Source of the DNA: a virus | Taxonomy: Duplodnaviria > Caudoviricetes | DNA length: 52,029 nt | Virus record (IMG/VR): IMGVR_UViG_3300031953_000021 | Location: 1-52,029 of that record | Reading direction: 5' to 3' (one strand) | Shown here: piece by piece, positions 25,685 to 36,834 of the stretch | Position numbering within the stretch: position 1 is the first letter of the stretch | Layout of the letters: the number at the start of each line of letters is the position of its first letter | The notes under the pieces: generated by a model | What the model saw: the letters and a program-made list of their open reading frames with translations, nothing else | Database searches by the model: none | What the model was told of the DNA's origin: nothing | Translations under genes and position numbers: made by a program

Positions 25685-26974
25685 GTGAAGAAAATCACCG
25701 CCGTATTAGCTACGGCATCGCTCGCGCTGGGAGGTGTCGCGCTCGTTGCGGCCCCGGCTAGTGCACATACCCCCAGTCACACCGTTGACTGTTCAACGTT
25801 GTCGGTCAATCTTGTCAACTACAAGCCGATCATCGTCGGAGTTGATGGGGTAGACGGCCAAGAGTTCGTGGCACCCAGCTACGAGTCACAGCCGAATCCC
25901 GATTACGTTGCATCCTCGACCGGGAGCATCGACCACCCCGCCGTTACGCACACCGAGTACGAGTTTGCCCATAAATGGGACATTCTCCACTTGAACACCA
26001 AGTGGCAGACCAGCCCAAACTGGAACGCGGAGAGCAACGGCCACAGCGTCGGCTGGGAAGCTACCGGCCAGACACGCGATGTTGTCGATAAGGCGGCATG
26101 GACTGAAACCATCGAGCACCCCGCAATCGGAGAGCCGACAGTGCAGGTCGAAGTCGATCCCGGCCAGCCTGAAATCGCCTCAGTTGATGCGATCGAGGGC
26201 AAGGCCAACACGGTCGTTGTGACTGTCGACGGCGCTGAAGTCGAGAATGTCGAGTTCGGTGAGAGCTTCACCGCGACCTACAGTTTCGATCAAGAAGTCG
26301 CGCATGACTGGACCATTGAAGTTGTTGCGTATGACAACGCTCAGTACAACTACAGCGAGTCCGGCACGACGACCCCGTGCGTTGTTCCTCCGCCTGCTCT
26401 TTGTGAGGTCGAGGGAACTACCGGCAACGTCAACGCCGCTGGTGATGACGTGTGGTGGGAAATCCACTTCGGTCGGGACGCGGCAACGCAGAACGAGCCT
26501 GCACTGTGGAACGGTGACTCATACGGTGGGTTCGTCTCCTACGCGGGATATGACGACAAGCCAGTGAAGCACTTGGGCGAAGAGAACGTCTACATCCACA
26601 TGCCAGCGAACGGCGTCGAGGGCGCTAACTGGCAAGAGTGGACATTCGCCGACGGCACTGTGATCCGACTCGACATCAGCGACGACACCTGTAACCCGGT
26701 GTTGACGTGGACGACTAACCCGCCAGTGATCGAGGAGCCGCCTGTCGAGGAGCCTCCCGTTGTGGTGGACCCGCCAGTTGTTGAACAGCCTCCGGTAGTT
26801 ACCGAGAAGCCGGTAGTTCTGACCAGCGCTCCGGCCAAGGATGGGGTGCTTGCTTACACTGCTGACACCGCCAGCCAGTCGGTTGCTTTGGGTACGGGAA
26901 TCGCTGCACTCCTCCTCCTCCTCGCGGGAGCAGGGTTCGTGACGATGAACGCTCTGAAGGCTCGTAAGAACTAG
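25685..26974 (+). CDS. Secreted, probably cell-wall-anchored surface protein
   Basis: Signal peptide MKKITAVLATASLALGGVALVAAPASA-H; PPV repeats; LAYT motif, TM and basic tail KARKN. Confidence 0.8.
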   Translation: MKKITAVLATASLALGGVALVAAPASAHTPSHTVDCSTLSVNLVNYKPIIVGVDGVDGQEFVAPSYESQPNPDYVASSTGSIDHPAVTHTEYEFAHKWDILHLNTKWQTSPNWNAESNGHSVGWEATGQTRDVVDKAAWTETIEHPAIGEPTVQVEVDPGQPEIASVDAIEGKANTVVVTVDGAEVENVEFGESFTATYSFDQEVAHDWTIEVVAYDNAQYNYSESGTTTPCVVPPPALCEVEGTTGNVNAAGDDVWWEIHFGRDAATQNEPALWNGDSYGGFVSYAGYDDKPVKHLGEENVYIHMPANGVEGANWQEWTFADGTVIRLDISDDTCNPVLTWTTNPPVIEEPPVEEPPVVVDPPVVEQPPVVTEKPVVLTSAPAKDGVLAYTADTASQSVALGTGIAALLLLLAGAGFVTMNALKARKN

Positions 26975-26995
26975 CACGACTGCATGACTGCACGA

Positions 26996-27037
26996 TAGGC
27001 CGGGAGCGGGATCAAACCGCTCCCGGCCTACTTTATT
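26996..27037 (+). terminator. Rho-independent terminator
   Basis: 14-bp stem TAGGCCGGGAGCGG/CCGCTCCCGGCCTA then CTTTATT. Confidence 0.85.
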
Positions 27038-27117
27038 GTCTAGGGGACTTGACACCACGCGAGACGTCTAGCTAAAGTTGGATCATACGAAAGATCACCT
27101 CTGGAAAGGAACTGATC
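27038..27117 (+). promoter_or_regulatory. Promoter/operator/RBS cassette E
   Basis: GTCTAGGGGAC-TTGACA-N18-TAAAGT..CTCTGGAAAGGAAC. Confidence 0.9.
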
Positions 27118-27549
27118 GTGACTGAATCAACCGCTACCCGCACCGACGGCCTGAACGACTACCTCGCCGCCAACCGTCCTATCGGCTGGAACGACATGGG
27201 ATCGTCTGAACGCGACCTCTGCGAAGAACGCATGACGCGAGAGTTCGACTCGATCCTCGCCACCGTCCGCGTCGGAAAGTTCGCGCCTGCTCGTGTGACC
27301 ACGTTCCCCGCCTCCGACATCCCAGTCGGCGCACGGATCAGCTACGCCGTCGACAGCGACCACTTCGCCGTCGCGACAGTCCGAGAAACGTCCTCTAACG
27401 GCTCTTACTTCGATGTGTTCGACAAGTACACCGGGTACCACGAAATCCCGGCTAAGGATGTCCTCCAAGTCCTGATGTCACGGTCCACTGGTGCCCCCGC
27501 CTCCGCCGCAATCGACTACACGTCCGAATGGGTCGAGGTCACGAAATGA
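27118..27549 (+). CDS. Hypothetical protein
   Basis: Behind cassette E. Confidence 0.7.
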   Translation: MTESTATRTDGLNDYLAANRPIGWNDMGSSERDLCEERMTREFDSILATVRVGKFAPARVTTFPASDIPVGARISYAVDSDHFAVATVRETSSNGSYFDVFDKYTGYHEIPAKDVLQVLMSRSTGAPASAAIDYTSEWVEVTK

Positions 27550-27788
27550 GCGCCCCGGTCAAGATGACCGCTTCACCTGAAGCCGTCAAGTGGATCAATG
27601 AGAACTACTCCGCCGGGGTCCGCCTCGGCGCGAGGGGTCCGCTGATCCAGAGCACCAGCCGCGAAATCACGCCCGCGATGTGGCGGTCGGACGGCATCAT
27701 GGTTGTCGTCGTTCAGAAGGCTCTGACTCGCTGGAAGGCCGTCGAGTTGAAGCCCGGTGCGTCGTTGACGCTCGTGCAGGAAGGCTAG
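27546..27788 (+). CDS. Hypothetical protein
   Basis: GAGG RBS; ATGA coupling. Confidence 0.6.
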   Translation: MSAPVKMTASPEAVKWINENYSAGVRLGARGPLIQSTSREITPAMWRSDGIMVVVVQKALTRWKAVELKPGASLTLVQEG

Positions 27789-27823
27789 GGTCTGCGACCC
27801 CGCCGGATCAGCAAAAAATCAAC

Positions 27824-27885
27824 TTGACTTTACGCCTGACAGTCAAATAAACTAGACTCATACGATCCACTAGGAAAGGAACATC
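27824..27885 (+). promoter_or_regulatory. Promoter cassette F (operator over -10)
   Basis: TTGACT-N18-TAAACT; GTCAAATAAACTAGAC 27842-27857; GGAAAGGAAC RBS. Confidence 0.8.
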
Positions 27886-28269
27886 GTGAGCATCCAGCCA
27901 CTAACAGCCGAGGAGCGGGCAACCCGCCTTCGCGAGTACATCGCCAAGCAGGTCGCCCAGCGCCCTATCGAGGCAAACATCGTCAAGCGAATCGTCAAAG
28001 TGATGAAGGCCGCTGGCACTCCGATCACGGAAGTGTACGACGGCGAACAGTTCGAGCCTGTCACCGACGAGCAGAGCGTTCTCGATCACGTGTTCAATCT
28101 TGACGAAGCGTCGTTGTTCACCGCCGACGGTGACGGAATCTTCTTGACGATGGGTCAAGAGTGGGACACGATCTGCGACTACAACCTCACGTTGGAAAAG
28201 ACGCTAGAGCCGATTATGGTCTGGGTCTGTAGCGCTGGTGAAGATGATCCCGAGTCGGTGCCCGCATGA
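27886..28269 (+). CDS. Hypothetical protein
   Basis: Behind cassette F. Confidence 0.7.
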   Translation: MSIQPLTAEERATRLREYIAKQVAQRPIEANIVKRIVKVMKAAGTPITEVYDGEQFEPVTDEQSVLDHVFNLDEASLFTADGDGIFLTMGQEWDTICDYNLTLEKTLEPIMVWVCSAGEDDPESVPA

Positions 28270-30488
28270 GCAACGCGACAGTGACTTGTTCCCAGTTCGG
28301 CCACTCGTGGGTGATTCGGCCCAAGGGCGGGATGCTGGTTGAACTCTGCTCTGCTTGCGGAGCCCGTCCAGAGGATGTGTTGAAGTGACCACCCAAGAGT
28401 TCAACGAACTGAAGGATCGCCTGATCGCGGCGACTGGCTCTCCCGGCTTGACGTCGTATGCCGACGAGAGGGTGACGATGCGTCTGAGCGAGTGGCGTCG
28501 TCTGATCGGATTCATAGAAACGTCCCCACTGGTTCAGAAACCGGCTCAGGACGCGACGACAACCGCAGGCAGGGATGACAACACCCCGGCGGAACCCGAA
28601 AGCCCCACAGAGGCACAGAGGGCCGCGCTCGTGAAGGCGTGGCAGCAAGGCGCTGAGCACGGTGCCCGAAAGTGCACGTTCGCGGCTGAGGGCGAGCAAT
28701 GTTCGTATAACCCCTATATCGAGGAGGTTCAATCGTGAGCACCGCTGACAAGGAATTGATCGTGACAGCGAAGGCTCTTTACGAGAGCCGGAAGTACAGC
28801 GGGGACGCACGCCCGTGGCCGATCATCGCGAAGCTTGTTGAGGCGTTGGAAGCTCCGCACCGAGTTGTCGAGTCAGTCGAGGAGTTGGATGCACTGCCGG
28901 ACATGGCTGTGATTATCGACCGGTACGGTGACGTTCTCCAATACCGAGACGGGCTGTGGTGTGGCTACGAATCAAGGCCGTTCGGGTCGGAGTGGGTGTG
29001 GCGCAAGTTCGCTCCGCTGACGCTGATCTTCAGGCCGGAAGGTGATGTCGATGACGAAGCGACCGCGTAACCCTCGATACTTCCCAAAGATGAAGGTCCG
29101 TGGCAAACGTCGACGGATAGCGGCCCGCTACCAACGAGTAGCGCGGGCTGCTGACTTGTTCAGTGCGGCGTGTGCGTCGACAGGGATCGCGTTGTCAGCG
29201 TTCTCGATAGCGGTTTCTCGATCCATAGAACGTGAAGCGGAGGAGTTGAAGCAATGACTGGTCTGAAGCTGGGCGACCGTGTTGCATACGCCAATGGCCT
29301 CGAACGGGGCTACGGCGTCAGTGGCGACGATCTGCGCCGGAACTACGATCGCAAGGAGTGGCACACGGTCAAGCGCCGCAAGCACGACGACAACTACCTG
29401 CTGGAAGGCGAAGGGGTTGTTGTTGGGATGCGGACATACTCGAACGGTCGCCGCTATTGGGACGAGGATGGAGCGACTTACACGCCGGACGAAACGTTCC
29501 GGGTGGTGCTGGTTGCCTTCTCTCTGTTTCGGAATCCTGCTGCTGTTCGGGTCGAGGATGTGACGTTGCTCGATGAAGAGTTTGGTGAGGATGTCGGCGA
29601 CGATTGTGCGGCCTGTGATGGTCTGCTTTCATCGTGTAGTCCGGTTGCTGCTTGCTGTGCTGATTGCACTCATGGGGCGAACTGGGCTAATCGTGCGGAG
29701 CCGCTGGACGGACTCGACATCGAGGGGGTCGGACAGTGATAAAGATTCCAGAGGATCAGCACGGCAATCGTGGCTGGCTCGTCAAGGCCCGGAAGTTTCA
29801 CCGCTGCGACAGCTACGGTTCCGGCTGTAAGAACATTGCTGCCGGGGAGCATTACTACCGGCTGGTGTCGTGGCCGGGGGACGAAGTGAATAGCAGTGGC
29901 AGGCCGTGGATTATGAAGATATGCCGGGTCTGCTTGAACGACTCGATGCGGGTTGCGTTCGAGGCAGTCTTAGCGGGATCATCCGAAACAGAGGAGCAGA
30001 AGTGATCGAGCAAATAAGCAGGGCCGTGTCGCCTGACGGCATGTACGTGTCGGAGTTGTCGGCAGAAGTTGTCGACACTGACCCGATCGCGAATCTCTCG
30101 ACCGTTCGCTACGGGCTGTCGGTGCGCCGCGCCTCGACTCCTCGGGACTGCCCGAAAGTTCGGTGGTGGGATCGACTCCGTAAGCGCCGGGGCCACCGCT
30201 ACCGGAAGAACTCGATCATCTGCCGGCAGTGTGGTCAACGTGCCTAAGATGCCGGAGTTTGTGCCCGTTCCGACCGTTGGCTCGCTCGTCCGCGAAGGGC
30301 TCGCTGAACTTCTTGTTGCTGACAAGGATGGGAATATCCGCATGGCTCACCTGAGCGGTGCAGGCCAAGCACGCATCAACAAAGCTCTGGTAGAAAACGG
30401 CCGTCGCTGGCGAGCCTATGACGAAGCGAAGAAAGCAGAGTCAGTGGTCGTTGCGGAGCCGGAGGGCTCGTGGCCCGCATGGGAATGA
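28266..30488 (+). other. Run of small coupled hypothetical genes: 28266-28388, 28385-28738, 28735-29070, 29051-29257, 29254-29739, 29736-30005, 30002-30247, 30240-30488
   Basis: Mostly ATGA/GTGA overlaps and GGAG-type RBSs; several Cys-rich. Confidence 0.6.
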
Positions 30489-30514
30489 CCAGCTAAATCA
30501 AGTAGAGTAGACGC

Positions 30515-31177
30515 ATGGTAGATACTCCGAAGAAACCGTCGATGAACGTCCAAATGGTCAGTGTGGACAAGCTGGTCCCTGATCCTGATAACCCCCGCGT
30601 GAACAACAGCGCGGTAAGCGTCGTGGCGGAGTCGATCCGCCTGTTTGGGTTCCGGGTGCCGCTGGTTGTGAACAGCGAGTACAAAATCTCGGCGGGGCAT
30701 ACCCGTTACCGGGCAGCGCTCATGCTGGGGATCGAAGAGGTGCCGTGTCTGATCGCTGACGACTTGACGCCGGATCAGTTGGCTGCGTTCTCAGTTGCCG
30801 AAAACCGCACGTCCGACTTCTCGTTCTTTGACGTGGCGAAGTTGGGCCAGTTCGTGACCGAGATTCCGCCGGAGTTGCTGGCGTCGTTCGAGTTGGACAC
30901 GTTGCTGACCGGGAGCACGTCGGATGGTTCCGAAGTGGCTCAGGTCGTGACCGAGCCGACGAAGCGTGCAGGTCTGGACTTAGCACCGTTCGAGAAGTAC
31001 CAGTACGTGATGATTATGTGCCGTACTGAGTTCGACTACACGAACTTGCTGACGATGCTGCACCTCGAAAACGTGCAGAAGGGCTACATCACCGGCGTGC
31101 TGAAGGCTGGCGCGTCGTATGGCCGCGTCATCGAGTACCCCGACTTCATGGACAAGGTTGTTCGCCGTGAAAGTTGA
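30515..31177 (+). CDS. ParB/Srx N-terminal-domain protein
   Basis: KLVPDPDNPRVN..VAESIRLFGFRVPLVV..AGHTRYRAA..AENRTS; TAGAGT-N6-ATG. Confidence 0.9.
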   Translation: MVDTPKKPSMNVQMVSVDKLVPDPDNPRVNNSAVSVVAESIRLFGFRVPLVVNSEYKISAGHTRYRAALMLGIEEVPCLIADDLTPDQLAAFSVAENRTSDFSFFDVAKLGQFVTEIPPELLASFELDTLLTGSTSDGSEVAQVVTEPTKRAGLDLAPFEKYQYVMIMCRTEFDYTNLLTMLHLENVQKGYITGVLKAGASYGRVIEYPDFMDKVVRRES

Positions 31178-31910
31178 TCTGACTCGCTTCCTTGCTGACC
31201 ATGACGTCGCGCTCGCGGTGCCCACGCGGGACCGTAGTGCAACGCTGAAGAAGCTGACCGATACGTGGCTGACCGATTACCACTTGTTCTATTCGGGTGA
31301 GGGCTATGACGACATCGAGTTCAACTGTGTGGACCGGATCAAGGTGCCGCGCAACATCGGTGGGCTGTCGCCGACCCGCAACTTTGTGCTGGATCGCCTG
31401 AAGCAAAAGGTAGTCATTATGTTCGATGACGACATCACCGCGTTCCGCTGGGTTCACGGGTCGAAGTCGATCCGCCTCGATCAAGAGCAGATCAAGCTGA
31501 TGATTATGGACCTCGTTGTCCACGCTCTCGACCAGAACGTCGGCATGTTCGGTATCTCGAACGTGGACCTCCGCAAGTCGAGCCCGCTGATCCCGTTCGC
31601 GACACGTCAAGCGATCACGACCGTAATCGGAGTGGTCGGTCGGCAGGTCCGTTTCGATGAAAGGCAGTCGTTGAAAGACGACCACGACTTCGCTATGGAG
31701 GGTCTGAAGATATACCGCACGATCCACCGCGACAACCGCTATATGTTCCAGAACGACACCGACAAATTGCCGGGTGGCAGCATGGAGTTCCGGACGCAGG
31801 AACGTCGGTTGACTGAGGTGCAGAACCTGATCGACTGGTGGGGTCCAGACATCGTGAAACCGGGCACAAATAAGGCGTCGGAATCGCTGTCAATCCACAT
31901 TCCGAAGTAA
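31167..31910 (+). CDS. GT-A glycosyltransferase (GREB1/TET-associated-like)
   Basis: AVPTRDR..TRNFVLD..IMFDDDI..KDDHDF..PGGS pattern. Confidence 0.7.
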   Translation: MKVDLTRFLADHDVALAVPTRDRSATLKKLTDTWLTDYHLFYSGEGYDDIEFNCVDRIKVPRNIGGLSPTRNFVLDRLKQKVVIMFDDDITAFRWVHGSKSIRLDQEQIKLMIMDLVVHALDQNVGMFGISNVDLRKSSPLIPFATRQAITTVIGVVGRQVRFDERQSLKDDHDFAMEGLKIYRTIHRDNRYMFQNDTDKLPGGSMEFRTQERRLTEVQNLIDWWGPDIVKPGTNKASESLSIHIPK

Positions 31911-31966
31911 CGTTTGGTGTCTAGTAGGCTATACTAAAGGGAAGCCGATGGAAAGGAACCCAAACA

Positions 31967-32572
31967 ATGGCATACGAGGTATTGACTCAGAAAGGCCACG
32001 ACTTCTACGTGGTCGCATCGCTCTTGCAGAAAACGATCCGCCGGGGCGATTCCGTCCTCGCAATTCGTGCTGCTGAGGAGCTACAGCCCAAGTTCATCAA
32101 GTACGTCTGGAATCGTCTCATCATTATGAGCGCGGAGGACTGTGACGACAACATCACCGGAGCGATCGTTGACCTGTACGACGGTTGGCAGATTGTTCAG
32201 AAAGTTGGGCAGCGAGGCGATCCCGGTCGTCTGTTCGTCGCGAAGGCGATCCTGTTGCTCTGCAAGGTGCGCCACTCTCGGGATGCGGACAACCTGTTGC
32301 TGATGATTAGCGAACGGTATCCGGAGCGGGAGTTCGAGTTCACGCTTGAGCAAGAAGCTCAGTCGATGTTGTCGGTCGATGCTCTCGACTTGGAGATTCC
32401 GGAGTACGTGTACGACGTGCACACGCGCCGGGGTAAGGCGAAGGGCAAGACGAAGAAGCAGTTTCTCCGCGAGGAGGATGTCGCTTTGGTCCGAGGGTCG
32501 ACAGTGTTCGACAACCTTGACGAAATGATCGAATCAGGCACGTACGTTGCTCCCGTTGGGCGGTTGTTCTAA
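31967..32572 (+). CDS. Stand-alone MgsA/RarA C-terminal-like helical domain protein
   Basis: FYVVASLLQKTIRRGD..VWNRLIIMSAED..SRDAD..IPEYVYDVHTRRG; own TATACT -10 and TGGAAAGGAACC RBS. Confidence 0.75.
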   Translation: MAYEVLTQKGHDFYVVASLLQKTIRRGDSVLAIRAAEELQPKFIKYVWNRLIIMSAEDCDDNITGAIVDLYDGWQIVQKVGQRGDPGRLFVAKAILLLCKVRHSRDADNLLLMISERYPEREFEFTLEQEAQSMLSVDALDLEIPEYVYDVHTRRGKAKGKTKKQFLREEDVALVRGSTVFDNLDEMIESGTYVAPVGRLF

Positions 32573-34923
32573 TGGCTAGTTTCTTCAACCTGACAGTCCG
32601 TCTCGCGAACTCCCACATGCAGAGCTCTAGTGATGTCGTGTTCGCTCTCGACAAGTTGGGCGCGACGTTGGAGCATGACCAGATGGAACCGGGCAGCACC
32701 GGCAAGGTGTTCGATGTCAATGGCAACTCGGTCGGCCAGTGGAGGATCGAGGCGGAGACGACGGCGGCTGTCGCTGCTGACATGACGGAGCCGGATATTT
32801 ACGAGAAGGCTGCGGCTGCGCTTTGGTACCTAGAGTCCAGCGTGTCGGCAGACACTCGGGTGACGAGCCTAAAAGACCTGAAGCGGTTGCACGATCGTCT
32901 CGTTGCTGCGGGCAAGATCACTGCGGCTTCGGACTCGTGGTGGGCAGACGAGGAGGCGGACGAGTGAGCATCATCACGCAGGCCCAGCCAGAGTTTGTGG
33001 TCTGGACCGACTTCGATTACGCCGCTTCTCACAAGCGCCACCGGATTGTTGTTTGGTCGGGGCCGATGTATAAGACGTTCGAGGCTGAAGGGCTCTCGCT
33101 CCCGTGGGGACAGGGCTACATGCTGACCACGTACAACGGTGACAAAGTTCGTGTGAAGTGTTCGGCTCCTCGCGATCCATTGAACTCGGAGGAGGTCGAC
33201 TTAGCGATTCGGTCGGCGCTGCTTGCTCACTACAAGAAAGTCGGGGCGGTGTTGGCTACTGACAGTGCTCAGATCACGGAGGTTGCTGGCGGGGCGTTTG
33301 TTCGTTGCCCAGCTTGCTCGGTGACGATGGAGTCGAACGTCTTTCACCCGCACCAGTCGATCTGTGTTGCGGACGCCCGGACGACGCGGGTTTGGCTCAA
33401 CGCTGATTCTGGATCACACGAGACATCGAAGCCGGTTCGCACTGGCCGGTTCCGCTGGTACGACATCGTGGGGCTCTCTGTGGCTTCGCTCTTGGGGGCC
33501 GTCGCAATCTCTTTGCTCGTGCTCGCATTCGCACTCGATCTGGTATGGCCGTAGGAGGGCTGAACGATGACTAACAAAATGAAGGTGTACGCATTCTGCA
33601 ACAGCGGGAACGGCACGGACATGCAGACGTGGATCGCAATAGCGGAGACGGGCGAAATCCTGACCAGTCACTTCTCGTCGTCGCGCACGTGGGGAATCCA
33701 TGACGTCGGACCCGAGTGGAAGGCTGAAGCCTATGCGAAGGTTCTCGGCGCTGACGTCGACGTCGACTACATCGTGGTTGATGAAGGCAAGGCTCCCCCG
33801 GCGGAAGTTGTCGAGTTGAACCGTCTCCTCGGCGAGAGGGCCAAGGCTGCGGAGTCGGCAGAATGAATCGGGTCGGGAAAGTCAAAGTTGTGCTGCACTC
33901 GGACAGGGCAGAACCTTCTTGCTCCTGTGGGATTCGCGAGTGGGAAATCTATTTGCCGGGGGGCTGGACGTGGCTCACTCCGTGGGTTGTGCCGCGTGGG
34001 AGAACGTTTGAAGAAACGATGGAATTTGCTCGGACGTTGAACCCGGAAACAGTAGGCATCATCCCGTCTGGTTATCCGGATACGTGGGTGCTCTCTCAGA
34101 AGCTCTCTGAGGCGACGAAGGCGGGGAGCACATCCCGCACTCCCACCGCTGTCGACACGCCCAGTTACAATTGATCGAGGAGGCCCAGACATGGCAAAAC
34201 GTTACAGAGGACCAAGGCTGGTAAGCCCGTTGGCATTCGCACGAGCACTTGTGTACCGGGCAGGTGTCCGACCGAATCCCGGCACGATCCTGTACTCACC
34301 GTCGCTCACGATCATCTATGCGCTGCGGGGGTTCGCCGACGGAATGGAAGTCGGCTTAGCCGCAGGGTTCGAGAAAAAATTGGGTTCGGTCGGGTCACAA
34401 GAGAAAGCCCCCCTCGCTAGGTCAGTAGAGGTGGACCTGAACGAAGAGTTCCGCACGACGTTGACCCCACGAACCGAAACAGGAACCGATCGTCTTGTCA
34501 TCAGCCACCGTGGGAATGACAAGAAGGTCGAGAGGTCACGATGACGAAGCCAACGCAGTTCGCTGTCGTCGCACTCGGCTCACCGCTCCGCCTCAGCCAG
34601 TTGGCCGGGGCCGTCAAAGCGATCAAGTCGGACGCGGGCAAAGTTGATCCGGAAATCACGATAGAGCCGTCAGTGGAGGGAGAGCGCGACCCGTTCACTA
34701 CTGGATACCGGATCATTGCCCGATGGGAGATAGCGTGACCAAGTTCTCAGCGACCGAAGAGTTCACGGCACCGTTGCCGTCGGCAGAGCTCCACACGTTC
34801 CTTCTCGGCTTGCCGGATGAAGCAGTCAACGCTAAAGCGACTCTCGACATCGACCTGATGACGGAAGGCCAGAGGGATGTTTACACCGTGGGGTACCGGA
34901 TAACCGCTAGGTGGGAACAGTGA
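32572..34923 (+). other. Run of hypothetical genes: 32572-32967, 32964-33554 (C-terminal TM), 33567-33866, 33863-34174, 34191-34544, 34541-34738, 34735-34923
   Basis: Coupled starts and RBSs; last two are paralogs. Confidence 0.6.
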
Positions 34924-35582
34924 CCGCCGCAAAGGGACCGGCGAAGAAACCGACCAAGCCACGCATCCCCACGACCAAAGCCCCTGTAGAGCGGATACCC
35001 GCCAGCAAGCCCGCAAACGGTGTCTCAACGATGACCCCCCGCCGACTTGCCGGAATCATCCAAGCAATGCTCGCAGGCGATACCGTCCGTGCAGCCTGTG
35101 GCAGCGCCGCCGTCTCCGTACCCACCTACCAGCGTTGGGCCTCGCAGGGAGCGACCGCAATCAACCAAGCCCGCGCACTCACCGGCGAGGACGACATGGA
35201 AGGCGCTGTCTGGATGTGGCTAGAAGAGAACGGGGGCCACGCCAACGGCTCCCCCAACGCCGCATACTGGACCGCTGGACCGCCGAAGTGGTGGCCTAAG
35301 ACGCTGGCCGATCGGTGGATGCACGTAATACTCGTGATGCTGGTGTACTGGGCGCGGGGGCAGTCGGAGAGGGTTTACCGGCAAGTCATCACGACAGCGG
35401 CTACAGGAGGCGACTGGAAGGCTGCGGAGTTCATGTTGACTCATTCCTACGGGTGGGGCAAAACGGATCGACTGGAAGTCACTGGGGCCGATGGGGGTCC
35501 GGTTCAGGTGCAGGGCGACGAGGAGGCGACGTTGGGTGCTTTGGCGTTGCTGGCTGATCGACGGAAGGCGATTGAACGATGA
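34920..35582 (+). CDS. terS: Terminase small subunit
   Basis: HTH AGDTVRAACGSAAVSVPTYQRW; GDWKAAEFML..RLEVTGADGGPVQV. Confidence 0.75.
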   Translation: MTAAKGPAKKPTKPRIPTTKAPVERIPASKPANGVSTMTPRRLAGIIQAMLAGDTVRAACGSAAVSVPTYQRWASQGATAINQARALTGEDDMEGAVWMWLEENGGHANGSPNAAYWTAGPPKWWPKTLADRWMHVILVMLVYWARGQSERVYRQVITTAATGGDWKAAEFMLTHSYGWGKTDRLEVTGADGGPVQVQGDEEATLGALALLADRRKAIER

Positions 35583-36149
35583 CCGACGACGGCGAGTTCA
35601 AGTGTTCGCAATGCGGGCATGTCTTTGAGCTTCATGGGTCGAAGCGTCAAGGTTGGTGGAGGTTTGTGTATTGCACGAGTCTGAATTGTGTTGGTTGTCC
35701 GGAATCTGGAAGGCGGAGACGATGACTGAGCGTGAGTGTGGTGCATGGACTCGACACCCTCGTTGGTGGGGTCGCATTCTTGACCTTGGCATGTGGGGTC
35801 ATATCGAGCACGACTGTGGTGTGTTGCGTCCCGGTTTCGGGGTGTGCCATGCGTCGTCGCATCGTTGTATGAATTGTGGGCTGGTGTGGCCGTTGGCGGC
35901 GTTTGAGCGGGCGACTGTTCGGATTGCTGGTTTGCGGGATCGAGGGAAGCTGTGAGTGCGTTCCCGACGGTGGAGCGCCCGTTGGTGGTGTCGTCTGCTT
36001 TGTTGGAGGGCATCCGTGATTCGACGGGTCAGAGCTTGGAGTGGGCACGCGGGGCTGTTGAGGCTGCGTTGATTGTCGAGGCGGAGTGGTTGTTGACTCG
36101 TCGTGAGGGTGTCACCCCCGGCGGAATCCGTTGGAAGTCGCTCTCGTGA
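35579..36149 (+). other. Three small hypothetical genes: 35579-35725, 35722-35955, 35952-36149
   Basis: ATGA/GTGA coupling; first two Cys/His-rich. Confidence 0.5.
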
Positions 36150-36604
36150 CGTGGCAGGAGGACCGCGAGCGCCGGGTCCGTGAACGTCGTCACCGCCGAA
36201 ACACTCAGGATCATCTGACTCAGCAACATCGTGAGGAGGCAGAGGCCCGCTGGCGAGGTGGCTACATCATCCCGGCGCGGATCACTCAGGCTCTTGACCT
36301 CAGATCACTGTATGGTCCGGAGGTCGATGCTGCGTTGGGCGTCGAGGAGCCGACGGTCGACCGGTGGGAGGCTGGCGAGTTGTATCCGACGTGGGAGCAG
36401 GTCCAGTCGTTGTCGAAGCTGACAGGGATGGGCGAGCGTTGGTTCACGGATGCGATCCCGTGGCATCACTTGGACGCGATGTTCGTGTGCGATCGGTCGA
36501 AGCGGACTGGCACGAGTTTGGTGGTTCCTGATCCGCCGGTAGTTCGTGCGTCGAGGGCTGCGCTGTCGGAGCATTATGACCGTTTGGCTGTGGAGACGTC
36601 TTGA
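36146..36604 (+). CDS. XRE-like HTH protein
   Basis: RITQALDLRSLYGPEVDAALGVEEPTVDRWEAGELYPTWEQVQSLSKLTG. Confidence 0.7.
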   Translation: MTWQEDRERRVRERRHRRNTQDHLTQQHREEAEARWRGGYIIPARITQALDLRSLYGPEVDAALGVEEPTVDRWEAGELYPTWEQVQSLSKLTGMGERWFTDAIPWHHLDAMFVCDRSKRTGTSLVVPDPPVVRASRAALSEHYDRLAVETS

Positions 36605-36834
36605 CTGATCTGATCGAGGGAGAGAGCCCTATCGCTGAGGTTTGCATGACGGACGGCTACGACGAGAAGGTTCGGTTCGACTGGATCACGTTTCCCCCCG
36701 GTGCGACCGTTGGTCAAGTTCCTTGCCACGAGTGCGGCGGGACTGGCTGGTGGGGGTTCGGCCCGATCCCCTCGACTTGTGGACCTTGTGTCGATTGCAA
36801 GGGCACTGGCCGGGAGTGGGTGGGGCTGGCATGA
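36601..36834 (+). CDS. Small Zn-finger protein (DnaJ-like CxxCxGxG repeats)
   Basis: CHECGGTG..CVDCKGTG. Confidence 0.6.
   Translation: MTDLIEGESPIAEVCMTDGYDEKVRFDWITFPPGATVGQVPCHECGGTGWWGFGPIPSTCGPCVDCKGTGREWVGLA

Noticed and set aside
30515-31177. ParB as a plasmid-prophage partition system
   Set aside because: No ParA or obvious HTH/parS; context with a glycosyltransferase fits a modification locus better.
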